In this document: in pieces, positions 35,946 through 48,564 of the stretch | How positions within the stretch are numbered: position 1 is the first letter of the stretch | Layout: the number at the start of each line of letters is the position of its first letter | From: Tubulanus polymorphus | Lineage: Eukaryota; Animalia; Nemertea | Length of the DNA: 64,000 nt | Assembly (NCBI RefSeq): GCF_964204645.1 | Contig: NC_134027.1 | Coordinates: forward strand, 12,618,485-12,682,484 | Direction of reading: 5' to 3' | Translations under genes and position numbers: made by a program | The notes under the pieces: generated by a model | What the model was told of the DNA's origin: nothing | Seen by the model: only the letters and a program-made list of their open reading frames with translations | The model's database searches: none

Positions 35946-36554
35946 ATTTCCACTAGTAAGTATAAATACTGTCGGCTAATAAATCACTAATTGACAGCAG
36001 TAAACTATGAAAAAAATTTAAACCAAATTCAGATATGCTCTCTGTTAACTTTGAGTGGTTAATACATGTGTTGCACACATGAGTCCCTCCCAGGGAATGC
36101 GATGGAACGAGATCAAGGAAATGAATGTAACAACGAGATGCCGGTTAAAACGTCAGAACAATTTTAAAACTTCAGTCAGAGCGTTTAATCCCTTTTTCGA
36201 TTTCTCTGATGGTCTCAATTATTTTGTGAAGTACGTATTCATAAGCGCATGTGCATATTACTGTAAACAGGCTGAAACAATGACCTACTACCGTTCTACA
36301 AATTGTAGCAGCCAGCAACACATCGTTAATCTGTATTGCTAATCTAAGATGAATAAAGCAACACTGCCTCTCGTTTTGAAACTGACAATAAATAAACAAG
36401 TGTGATTATTGGCTTAGCGATGGATCGTTAGAACCAATGAAAATATATAATAGGACTCACGAGAAACTAAGGTCATTATAACCGAAAGTTCGTTAGAAAA
36501 GGGGCCCTTCTTTCCGATGAAATTTAACTGTAAATGAGAAGGATTTAGCCGGGG

Positions 36555-38161
36555 ATTTTTTCACCTTCATGACTACATTCACCTTCATGAAGGTTATAAG
36601 ATGGTAGTGAGTCGATGACGTCATTTTCGTGTCGCCACTTATAACTTGGTGGGAGTTCAGAGGAAGATTTGTCAAACGAATAAATACTCTAATCTTATTG
36701 ATGCAGAGTGTGAAATTTCGCTTTTTTTAAATATTTCCCTAAATTATTAGAAAATGCCGATAGTAAAACCGTGGGAAAGTTTTTATCGTTGAGTGGGCGA
36801 ATCACGGTGGCAGAGTGCACCTGTGATAAGGCGGAAATAGTTCCATGGGAAGGCAAAGCTTTTAAATGATTAGACTGTCGGAGGTGGTTTATCAACTTTT
36901 TTCAACTATAGTGCTGCTATTTTCCCAACCAAATTACTAGATTTCGATCGTTTCCCATAAGTCAACACTTGTAATTCAAGTGTGATTTTGATGTGTGTCA
37001 AGCTACATCGTGACTAGCGTATTGAATGGCGGCGCCATGTTTAAGCTGCGCATCGATCGTTGAATAGTGGGAATGTAGGGTGGAATTATCTTGATTGTAT
37101 CCATACGAAGTTTATTAAAGGTGAGTGTCAACAAATAGTCCATTAAAGTCCCTCTTAATTGTGTGGAGATACGCTCTTAACCGGCAAAACGATGGTCTGT
37201 TTCGTGTTATTGTTGGCCTACCCGTTACGTGACTGACCTTGCTTGAGCGTTTGCCGTCGGCGCGCCGCTTCAAAGTTATGAATAAATTATTATATAACTG
37301 ATTGTTAATGACATACAACAAATAAACCTTTAAAAAATGGTACCTAGTGTCTGACATTCTACTGTAAAATTCCGGGTTGATTCACCGCATAGTTTTTTCA
37401 TAGTGAGCATTTTAGTATACCGGTATGAATCAATTACGATGATTGACAGACGCGGGTGCGGTTGTATCAGCTGTTGAAAACGTTCGATGTAAACAATAAT
37501 TTAAACCACATGCGCGATGAAAACAGGGACATCAAACTAAGAAGCACTGAATTTTTAATTAGGCCTACATGTGATTTAAATAGGCATCTGTGCTGGTTTT
37601 TCAAAAAGGCCAGGCCCTCTGGAATTGAATTTGACACAGTAATTCGCCTGTAATTTGCGATGAATCTTTTTGAAAATTAGCTTGAAGATTGGGTCTGGCG
37701 AGATTTCCACCCCTATTGTAAAAAAATGTCATTGGCGATCAAATATGGCTGCCATTGGGGTGCCCATTTTGAATTTCTTGTTTGCACGATGCAGCCCGCA
37801 ATTCTTGATGGATTTCCACAAAATTTGGTGTGAGGATCAGGGTAGGTAAGCTGTCCATGCCTTTTGTATATTGAGGTCATCGGCATTAAAATATGGCCGC
37901 CAGGTCAGCCATCTCGAATCTCGAAGGTGTAAGAATTTTGGTAGGTGAAATGTCTACCCCTTATTGGAAGTTGAGTTCTCTGCAGCTAAAATGGGCTAGT
38001 CTTTTCATGTAAGGATATATTAACAGAAAATGAACATTATCGCCACATAGCCTATACCATCTTAACTATTTTAAAACTTGTAAATCTTTCTGTAAAACTT
38101 TGAATACTGAATCATTCTTCTACTGAGTCATGAAGGTACAAGGCCTGTGGGCCTCTTGTTT
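36555..38161 (+). mobile_element. HINE family C, full copy
   Basis: 5' T-run + ACCTTCATGA...TCATGAAGGT hairpin; 3' TCATGAAGGTACAAGGCCTGTGGGCCTCTTGTTTT; homologous to 26592-31523. Confidence 0.75.
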
Positions 38162-38454
38162 TGTACGTAACAAGCAATGGTTTGTTAGTTCCGAGGTCGT
38201 TAGATCGAGGTTCCACTGTATCAATGATTTTATACTTTTATATCAAAATTATCGCAGATATAGTGTTTCAAGTTAGATACTGTCTTTTTCTTGCACTGTC
38301 CTTTCATCTTAAAATCTTGTACAATAAACCTTGCGCAAGTTGGATAGGCGAAAGTGTATATGAAAAATCATAGAAAATGAATATTGATATGAAAAGTTTT
38401 TAGGAATCCATGTGAAAAAAATGGGATTAGCCTACCGGGTATGTCTTCCAGAAT

Positions 38455-38965
38455 ATTTAGGGTTTTCTGACTTTCGTCGAAAACCCTCTTGAAATTCTGT
38501 TGATTATTAATATTATATATTTTCCGCCGATTTCGTCAAATAAAATTCATCTTCATTCAGATTCGGCAACTGACAGCTTCGAAACAAAATGTATAAATTG
38601 ATACTGTAATAACGGTCTCTCTGAACCAACAGATTGTCTGAATGTACTTTCCATCCTATTTGAAACTTAAAATTACTTATTAGGTCACTGTAAATAAAGA
38701 ATTGAATTGAATTGTTAGACAACAAGCACCGGCGAAATAACAGTTTGTGACGTCATTTAGTAAGTAAATAAAGGAGGGCTCCGAGAATTTCCAAATCACG
38801 GGGACTATACTGGGGTTAGACCATTCAACCAAAAAGAGGATTGCTCCGATAATATCCAAATCCTCTCATATTATTTTTTCCATCGAATACCCGGTAATTA
38901 ATTTTTCCTTTCGATCACATGCATCCAGAAAACCCGTTATCGCTGCTTTGCAGCTATACTTTACA
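38455..38965 (+). mobile_element. HINE family D-related short element
   Basis: 5' TAGGGTTTTCTGAC...GTCGAAAACCCT; 3' GAAAACCC...GCTGCTTTGCAGCTATA. A similar 3' end occurs alone at 33603-33640. Confidence 0.6.
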
Positions 38966-39691
38966 TTGTTTTTCCTGGTGAATATCAAGTTTTAAGGCAT
39001 AAACAGGCCCGTAGACTGGGGGTTTGACAAGCAAATGCTTAACATTACGGCTTTGAGTTCCACTCACGATGAGTGACTTGAAAAATTCACTACTATATTT
39101 GAGCACTTGCAAGTGCTGCAACTAGGAAATGCTGCACTTAAACCTTAATATTTTGATCAAGTTGATCTTGGTGAATCCAGCTTATACAGTACATGTCTCA
39201 AATAAATATGAAACAAATAGCTGAATATATTTACTTTGTTCTAATAGAATGTCTAGTGTGTTCATAATCATTATTAGCCCACTTGGGACTTAAGCCCCAG
39301 CGACTATTGCGTTCACTATTCATCCGGCGGTCGTCCGTGCGTAGACGGAATCAAGTTATTTTGGGAAGTTTTGAAGACGCTTCCTTCTCTTTTCCAGAGA
39401 AATTTATATTCCATAGTCGGATTTTATAAGTTGGGAATTCGCCAATCTCGTAGTACTTTTCTTGGTTTCAAAAAATCCCATTGCAGTTTGATTTCTTCCC
39501 AGGTTTACTGTAGATCCAATCCAAAAACTAAATTGTAATCAAGCATTAGTTGCTTTCAGACCCTTTCATACTTGCTAGCTAGCTACTTTGCAAATCAAAT
39601 CAAAGAATTAAAACCACGAGTAATGAGTTTCCATAATAGAAGACATTTTGAATGTTTGTGTCATATGCCTATTAATGTTTGTATGTTTTAG

Positions 39692-39845
39692 CCAAAATAT
39701 GGAAACTGGGTGTCTTGCAGCAGCATCAGCGCTGATACAGTCGAAAACATATGAACAACTAACTGACTTCGATAACTATTTAGACGACATTACTCAGGAT
39801 TGGCAGAATCTGTGGATAAATGAACAGTTAAAAAATCTTGCATGA
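39692..39845 (+). CDS. EMC8/9: EMC8/9 exon 5 (terminal)
   Basis: TTTTAG|...LTDFDNYLDDITQDWQN...* (conserved DFDNHLDD..DW.N). The five exons sum to 606 nt = 201 aa plus stop. Candidate AATAAA at 40431. Confidence 0.92.
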
Positions 39846-40466
39846 AGGCTACTGACTAAGGATTCCCAAGGGGGTAGTATTTATTATGTCCATTGTATAA
39901 GCTTTTTGTATTTCGTGAAGTTTTTAAGGTAACCTATGGGATAGGCCTATATAATCATATGTCTTTGTGAAATGCCTTCTAGTGTGTTCGAGTGTTACTT
40001 GGAATTATATAGAAATTGAGCTGTTCGAAGTGGTATGGTACCATTTTAATTGTACGTATGGAAATCCTCCAACTCCCCCCTCTATGTACAAAACTTTTAG
40101 CATAATGTACTTAGAGAAAAGTAGCCAATTTTTGCCTTTCTGTGGATACATATGTACTATTTGACAGGTGCCTAAGGATATCGGTTATCCTTGCTTGTAC
40201 ACACATACACGTGAAGAGAATTTCTATTAGATAATTAGAATTGAATTTCAAATTGGTTATTGATAGAAAGGTTATAAGTTATTCAGGCATAAAATTCTAA
40301 CCCACTGCAGTTCATTTTGATCATTCCTGAGATTACTGTAAATCCTTGAAAAATATTTGGCAGTGTGAGAAATAATGGAGGAGGTATCATAGAAATTTCT
40401 TGAGTGAAGACTGGTAGGCCTACTGGATCAAATAAAAGTGTTATCCTAAATATTTAAAAATTCAAT

Positions 40467-40470
<4 letters not shown>

Positions 40471-40544
<74 letters not shown>
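40471..40544. repeat. (AT)n microsatellite
   Basis: About 37 AT units. Confidence 0.95.
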
Positions 40545-40547
<3 letters not shown>

Positions 40548-41683
40548 GTATGTACACTGTATGACATTTTCGCTATCTCCCTTAGTGGAGATGACAGTGG
40601 AGGATATTCATTGAAATGTTTTTGCTGGTCGTCACAGATTTTTTTATCATCCTGTCACCCTCACTAGCATTACATGTATTTTACAGGGTTTCTCGAAAGA
40701 TGTGTTACGGAAGCTGCATGATTGATTATTCATTAGCTATCATTTCAATAAATTTTTTGTGGGGGTAAGGTTGGTGAGGATTGAATATTAAATGCAATAA
40801 TGAGCCATACATGGCTGAGTAACTGTGATTTGAATGGCCATGAAAATCGAGGCGAACCAAAACAAGAAATAAGGATTGTTTCATTTTGTACATTTATTAC
40901 ATGAACAGCTACCATTTGAGATATTGATCACTGGATCTCCCTCCATGTGATATTTTCCTGGAGGAAATTTTTTAAATCAAGGTATCCAAAACACCACCAG
41001 CGTGAATCCAGGACTTAAGTGTTCAGCTAGTAACATATTTGTAAAATACTGAATCTGATGCGTTAAAATTATGTTTGAAAAATGAGATGTCACTTTCTTT
41101 CCACCTTTCCTGTACAATAAAAGTATAGAATTATCACTCCACTTCCATTTTGTAGTTCTTGATAAAATATCATTATGGGAAAGTCACTGTAGCCCCAAAC
41201 TTGGCAACACGTGTTGATAATGTCAGAATAAAACATCAAATTTACCCGTCAAACTTTTGTATTTGATTGTCACACTTTCATATTTAAACTTTAATTTTTC
41301 ACCTGTTAACTCCAAATTGATCTGTCAATTTTACGTGAAATGTCTGTCATAACATTGTTTTTGACGCGTCAAATCTGACCATAGATATACAGTCAAAATT
41401 TTGATGCGAATATGTTATTTGACGAGTTCAGTAAATGCCCAGTCCAAGTACATCTTTTGACAGGTGAACTATGTTTGAACTACCGTTATATTTAATATGC
41501 TGTTTATATGGGTAAAATCGATGGTTATGATGGTTTGACAAACGTCTGACATATGTTAGTTTTATCAAAATTATATCTAAGCGAGTTTGACGGTGCAATG
41601 AACATTTGGTTTTGACATAATATCTACAATAGCAATTTTGATGTGTCAAATGAATGTTGGGTTTTGACAGTAAATCCAACCAT

Positions 41684-41847
41684 GGGGTCATTCATTTATT
41701 ACGTACGCATTAGGGGAGGGGGAGGGATAAGTGCAATTGCGTACTGTAATGCTTAATGTATATGAAAAAATGGCCAATTTTGCGTACAGAGGGGGAGGGG
41801 GGTTGAAAAATTCAAATTTAATGCGTACGTAATAAATGAATGATCCC
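41684..41847. mobile_element. MITE with GGG-terminal TIRs and a 3-bp TSD (Zator/Harbinger-like)
   Basis: GGGGTCATTCATTTATTACGTACGCATT / AATGCGTACGTAATAAATGAATGATCCC, flanked by CAT. Confidence 0.75.
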
Positions 41848-42055
41848 CATGTGGTAACTACACTCGAGGAATATGCCATTAGCTTTGCAGTTACGCAATA
41901 TGCATCATCAACATCAATACCGTAGACAAAATTTGTTTATGATTCAACTTCGTCCCCTGATGGTGAACACAAAAATTGGGTATTCCATTTGTGGAGACTC
42001 CTATGACAGTTCTAAGAATTGTCAAATATCAAGACTACAGTTGAAACTTGAGATA

Positions 42056-42862
42056 CAGTCAACCTCCGTTAATCCGTATCATTGGGGACTGACCTTTTTA
42101 GTATGGATAAGTGCGTATGGGTAACAGATAATTCGTAATTGATACGGATTAACTATTATCCATTTGAACTGTAAGTGCACAATTCGTATCGTAGCCGGTT
42201 TAGTAATCTCTCAAACCGTGGACCACTACAGTATAACGATCCAACGAACCGTTGGGGGAATAAAAATAAAAAGGGGAATATCTTAACATCTGATGGTTCA
42301 TTAAATCCATTTGGCATCATTTGTACATGAAAAGAAAACATCCCCCTGATGAAATGCAAACAAACTGGCTTCAGTAGAGTAGTTCACTCTCCATTCACTC
42401 ATCATGCATCTAGTACTGATAACTAACATAGACTTAATACATAGGCCTATGAACTTGAGGGTGATTCAAAGGATTTTCGCTAATTGACAAATCTAGCAAC
42501 TGGACAAAAATTAACTCTACCTCACTACTGAAGTCAATGGATTATGAAGCTTGAGACTATGACATTGATGGATTAATTTGAGTTTCTTATATTTCCTACT
42601 GACCACATTAACCTCATCAGATAACGGATGTTTATACTTTTTTTTTACTTCAAGTGTATGTTCCCAACAGCTGATACGTATGCATAAGGATTTACATATA
42701 AATTGGACAACCGGACCATGCATTTGTCTATGGGATAAGTGAAAATACAGATTATGGAGAATGAAGAATTTTAAAGGTTCTACTGAAAAACGGGACCAAT
42801 TTATTTATACGGAATTAGCACTTATACGGTTTAACCGGAGATGGATTAACCGGGGTCGACTG
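42056..42862. mobile_element. pogo/Tigger-type MITE
   Basis: TA|CAGTCAACCTCCGTTAATCC ... GGATTAACCGGGGTCGACTG|TA. Confidence 0.7.
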
Positions 42863-43176
42863 TATTTTTTTCTCAAAAAACCTTTTCAATCTACAAACAA
42901 GCACTGATGACACTAAGATGATTCATTGCGCATGAAAATTGACTGACAAAAAACATGTCGGAAATACATGTATAAGATAAATACCGGTATCAAGATAAAC
43001 CCTTAGCATCTTCAAAGCTTCCTAAAATACTGGCTGGCTTGTTCTACCTGCGATAGGGCGCCTACTGACGGAACTGGAGAACTGCGATCATAGCCAAGCT
43101 TATGTCTTTCCAGCAACTAAGCCTGACTAGTGGGACATGAGGTGCAGCCACTGGTAACTGAACAGATTGCAGATGG

Positions 43177-43425
43177 TCATGCTTTAGGTAATACGACATT
43201 ACACTTTTCACATACATTTCTTTCTATATTATCCAAATGTATTTGAGTAAATTTATGTTTTAAAAAATTACTACGACTTACATATTTATCACATTCTTCA
43301 CAATATTTATCATTATTATTATCTTCGGTATTATAATTATCAATTTCACTATTATTGTTCAATTCATCATTATTTTCATGTTTACCATCATATGGAATAT
43401 GTTTATATACTTTACCTTCATCCAT
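43177..43425 (-). pseudogene. Polinton zinc-finger gene fragment downstream of the second capsid relic
   Basis: MDEGK...YCEECDKYVSRSNFLKHKFTQIH...CEKC; same position relative to the MCP gene as 8458-9110. Confidence 0.65.
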
Positions 43426-43457
43426 TTCATATATAAAAATTATCAAAGATGATTTTA

Positions 43458-45560
43458 TTAATACATAACACTATCTAATTGAGAATTTATAATATTCAAT
43501 TGCGAGTCAGATATAATATAAATATGCATTTTATAATTAATTTTTCCTTTCTTCTTTTTCATGGATAATTGTATTCCATCTTTTGTATTTTGTAATTTTT
43601 CCCAGAACCATGAACAAAGTTATCCTCTGTCATTCTAAAATCTAACCATAATGCATATTTATTGCCGGTATAATAATCAATTTGATTAATATTACTATCT
43701 TCAGATAGTTATTTTTTTCAATCATAAGATGTTTTTTAATTTAAACCCATTGATCAATCATTCTCATTCCTTTACAAAATATTTTATTTGCTTTACCTTC
43801 GATAGTTATTTCTACTTTTGATATTTCAGGATTATAATAATTATCAACTTTTATTGCACCATTAGAATATGTTGCAATGGTAAACAAGAAAATTAACTTT
43901 AATAAATTATTTAACGCCTGCGAAAAAATGTAGAATTTCTGGGAGAAGCTAATGTGGAATTGCAAATTTGAAATCGAAGTTTTAAGAAATTTGGGGAATT
44001 ATGAAATTTGGCGATTGGGTAGATGATACAGTCTTCAACTGGTCTAATTTTAAAAAAATTGTCAACTTGTGACCGACTTCGATTCACTTTTGCCTCTAAG
44101 CTGGTCTGCAACTTCATTGCCTCCATGGTTGAAGAAAGAGTTCTTTGGACGTTTGCTTCATCTTGACGTTGAGCATATCGTGTAGCCAGCCGGCCCGGTC
44201 CTGGGGCCCGGTTTGGCTGTCACTCGATATCCTAGACTTGAGTCTGGGTTGAAGTAGACATTGTCATTTAAAGAACTTATTCATGTTATTCTGTATGAAT
44301 TAACCGTGTGTCTTGTATTTTGTATTTTCTTATTTTAAGATTTGTAAGTTTTTTAAATTTTATCCCGGAATTTCAATGTAATAAGGATCAATAAAGTATT
44401 GAATTGAATTGTCACCTTATACACATGCCATCAATGGACGCGGAGCCGTATATGACAGCTATGCTATTATAAATTGCTAATCTCATGAAACTTGCATACC
44501 CCTTATATCGAACATATTTTCTAAAACATTTGAATATTGAAATTATATGTTAACACGTTTTTATATAGACCGCTTGTAGCCGCCGATGAAATTCACGCCG
44601 GCCCTACTCAGATCGTAGATAGCTTCGTCATTCCACTAGCATCCCCATGTCAGGGTCTGACTTTTATATCAGACTTCCAAATCGTGTATAATAATAATCC
44701 GATTTACTTATCATTTCTATTTATGCCTGCCGCTCCTGATATAATCATACATCCTTTACTATTACAATACGTCTTCTCATGATATTCAATGCAATATAAC
44801 ATTTCGACGTTCAAATAGACGTCATTATATAATCACAGGGAGCCATTCTACATCTTTATCAATAATATTTTGCCAAATAGCTTGTATGTGTACACATAAA
44901 CCTGTGACGTTTTGCACATCGATTTACGGTTGTCGTTTGTAAAATGACGCTGAATGGTTAACATTGTTTAGGTTTCATAATGGTAACGTTTTATAAGGCG
45001 TCAAAAAATATTAATATACCTTTAATAGATCTTCTTGGGAAGTAAATATTCTCATTAATTATTTCATCATTTGCATTAATAGTTACAGTTTTAAATTTAT
45101 CAATATAATCATATAATAATGAAAATTCTTGATTGTATTTAGTTTGAATTGTGTTAGCAATATTTCATCAGTTACTGTGTCATATTCTAAACATATATTT
45201 TATAATTTATAACCCATATCTTTAACAACGCTAGATAATACAATTTAATTAACAGGAGCAAATGTTATTTCGAATATAATATCTTCTTGTATAGAATCTT
45301 TATTTAAAGGCGCATTATTATTTATCTATTCAAAGTCTAATGGAATTTTATATTTGCTTCCATAAATCTTTTTTTATCAAATTATCTACGTCATTAGTTA
45401 CTAATGCATTATGTGCTTCAGATCTTAATTTATTTTGGTTTTCTGATTGGATGCCTTGAAATATCATATTATTTTCTTTTGTTAACCATAAATCTTTGTA
45501 ATGCGTAAATAAATTATAATCATCTAATGAAAAAATTCTTTCTGGTCCAATCTTTATAAT
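43458..45560 (-). pseudogene. Second Polinton major capsid relic (5'-truncated, split by HINE E)
   Basis: IKIGPERIFSLDDYNLFTHYKDLW...PRRSIKGILIF|insertion|TIATYSNGAIKVDNYYNPEISKVEITIEG...SQLDSVMY*; clearly homologous to 7440-8419. Confidence 0.88.
43883..45007 (-). mobile_element. HINE family E, copy 3
   Basis: Collinear with 1218-2354; inserted in a T-run of the capsid gene with no TSD. Confidence 0.78.
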
Positions 45561-48173
45561 GCTGTCGAACCAAATGAAAGTCAATTCGACTAGTCAAATC
45601 AATTCGACACCATTAAAATGCTGTCGAACCAAATTTGCGGATTGTTCCATTGTGTACGTCTATTGTTAAATGACCACCTGCCTCTAAGAAAATTGATTTA
45701 AAATCACAAAATCATTGAATTTCACTCCTTGTGATATTTTTCCTGTCGGGAAATGTGTAAAAACTAAGTAATTCAAAAGACCATCAGCAGGAATCAAGGA
45801 CTTGGTGTCCGGAAAGTAACAGATTTTGAGAAATACTGAATCAGATGTATTAAAATTCAACGTTGAGCTTAACTGTGCTTTGGTAAAATAGTGATGATAT
45901 TGAAAAAGTCCCAGAGAAGCTTAATTAGTCATGATTACCAACAATTTTATCAAGTAGAAATCTGCTTCAGTTGATTTAACTGTCTGGTCTCAAATTATGT
46001 GAAGTGAAAGCGGAACATTTATCAATAAACGTATAAAATGCAATAATCCATATTCCTTGTATTGGTTCGACTCCATTTTAGGGACCATTCAAAAACATGG
46101 TATGCTCAGCTATGCATGACGTATTTCTTTCATTTAAACATTCCATCCTCGAGTAAACGTCCAGGTCTACCAACCTACCCCCCCCCCCCCCCAAAAAAAA
46201 AAAAATCTTATTTCAATTATAGTAAATGAATGATTAATCTTTAAGCTATGGTAACACATTTTTTAGACATCCTGTAGTTCCGTTCCAGTTTCAATCTCTT
46301 GGTTATCCATTGTTGGTCGTGTCATGGACATATTAACTCAGACGCGGATCCAGAGGGGGTTTAAGGGGTCGTGACCCCCCGGCCTGCTCAGCTTGAAAAA
46401 AAAATTTTAATCGTTTTCTTGAAGGAATGTACTCAAGACAAAGCGGGCGAACAGTAGCATATAATCTGTACCATATCATCTTATTTTCGCCAAAACAATA
46501 TGCCGTATAGGCCCCCTATTGGAGATCTTAGTCGGTGGTTTAACATTAACATTCTTTATGAACTCCCTCCTGTATCCGTGCCTGCTAAAGATCAAAAGTG
46601 AATGCAATAAAGTCCAAAGTGGGCTAAAAAGATTTCGGAAACAATTACTGAATGAAACTATACATTTAAGACAAAAATTAATTGATTAGACATAAGACTT
46701 TTATTCCATACAAAATGGTTATATGTGTGGGACTGTTCACCCATTACATTGCTCAATACAAACTGTACATAAGCTAAGACAAGAAAAAATAAATGCATAC
46801 AATGCTCACTTGACTTTCACCTTTATCGTCGGCCCATATGACATTCGGTACATCAACATCAGTAAGAAGTTGTCCTCGATTTGTGTGATTGATAACTTCT
46901 TTCCTTCAATTTATGTCTACTGTGTACGTCTATGTTGTTTGTTTGTATCAATTAGGCCAACACTACATGATGCATGTAATATCATGGCTACAGCGTTTAA
47001 CAGTACTGGAAGTCTACAATAATATTACAGTAGACCCGTTCAAGTCAGATCCCTTCAGCTCACTTTCCCAATAGTTGGGATGACTCAAGACATATTTTTC
47101 TGACCCTACATATGTGCCTCATATAACATCCAACCTGGATATCGAGTTGGACAATCATTTTTCTTGGCACCAAACCTGGTCTGACCTGGGTGGACTATTA
47201 TTTAGCGATACGAGGTAAGGTTAGTCACAATGAGTTTTAATATACTATAATACTTGGAATTACACATTTATTGAGTAGATAAAATTCTTAAATAACACTG
47301 AATAATTGCAGCTGTACCCATCTACAATGGAACGTAGTAGTACCTCATTGGAGAATGGTTGTGATAAATGGACATACTGAATCTAATTTGAGTTAGGTGA
47401 TTGCTAGAGATACTACTGACAGCTTATACTGACTGCCAATGTGCACCGACAAAATGAGTGATAACTTAATTGTACCAATAGCATGACAGTTTCAGAATGG
47501 TCATATAAATCGTTGTCTAAAAGCAGCTCAACAGGAAGGTGAACACTACCTGCAGTGATGAGATCATTGCTGCCCAAGATGATGCTTAGGTCGACCAGGG
47601 TCAAGACAACCCCTTTTACAAATATATGCTGACATTACCAAATTGATGAAATTTATGATCTATGTCTGATTGGATCAAAAGCAATGGCCAATTACGAAAA
47701 AAGATTTACATTGTGTGTACTCAGCAAAACATTTTCATTCACCTTTGAATATCATAGCACTCAACGTTTTACGTTCACTTTCCAGGTCACAAAAATTTTA
47801 AAATCTTAATTACACACAAAAGATTTTTCAAAAAATGAGAAGAGTAATAAATATATTGACAAAAAACATAATTTTCCAGTTTATGATTCACTGATTGTGC
47901 TGTATATTTATTCTCAGGAAGACGGTCCCTTAACAAGTAATTTGCTCATTCAATATATGTACTCTATGTCTGCTGAATTCTGTTTTCTTTAAATACTTGA
48001 AACATCCATATGTTAAGCAGGACAAAATCCACACCTAGGTTATTAAAATTAGGCCCACATCGTGGACTCAAAGAACCCACAATCACCGTTGAATCTATAA
48101 CTGCAATACACATGCAGGATTATAATTAATATAACCAAAAGATAATGATTAATATTACCAAAAATAGATATAT

Positions 48174-48564
48174 CAGGGGGGACAATAGGGGGTATGAATT
48201 CACGTTTTCATAAGAAATTCACAATTTCACAGCCAAATTTAGGATAATTCATAATTCATGCATATTCATGAACAGCGATAGTTTTTTTTTTGAAAAAATT
48301 ATGCATTTCAGTTTTAAGAACCCAACTATGGTATTTGAAATCTTAAGACAGGCGAATGAATGTTTTCTACGTATTGTCATTTGCTACATGTCAAACTATT
48401 CAATTCTGACCAAATGACGTTTCGAATCCCCATCCCATTGTTCGCCGAGAAATTCACGCTCACAAGTACATGTACTTCTCAAATTCACGTTTTCCTTTAC
48501 TTCATGAAATCATGCATGAAGTTCGTCAAACTAATGGTTCACAAAAGACCTTTTGTCAACCCTG
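48174..48564. mobile_element. MITE with CAGGG termini
   Basis: CAGGGGGGACAATAGG / CCTTTTGTCAACCCTG, flanked by ATATAT on both sides. Confidence 0.6.

Larger units (their letters stand above)
34004..38218. mobile_element. Tc1/mariner-pogo-type non-autonomous element with nested insertions (EMC8/9 intron 4)
   Basis: TA|CAGTGGAACCTCG...CTAACGA and TCGTTAGATCGAGGTTCCACTG|TA; TA TSD. Confidence 0.75.
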
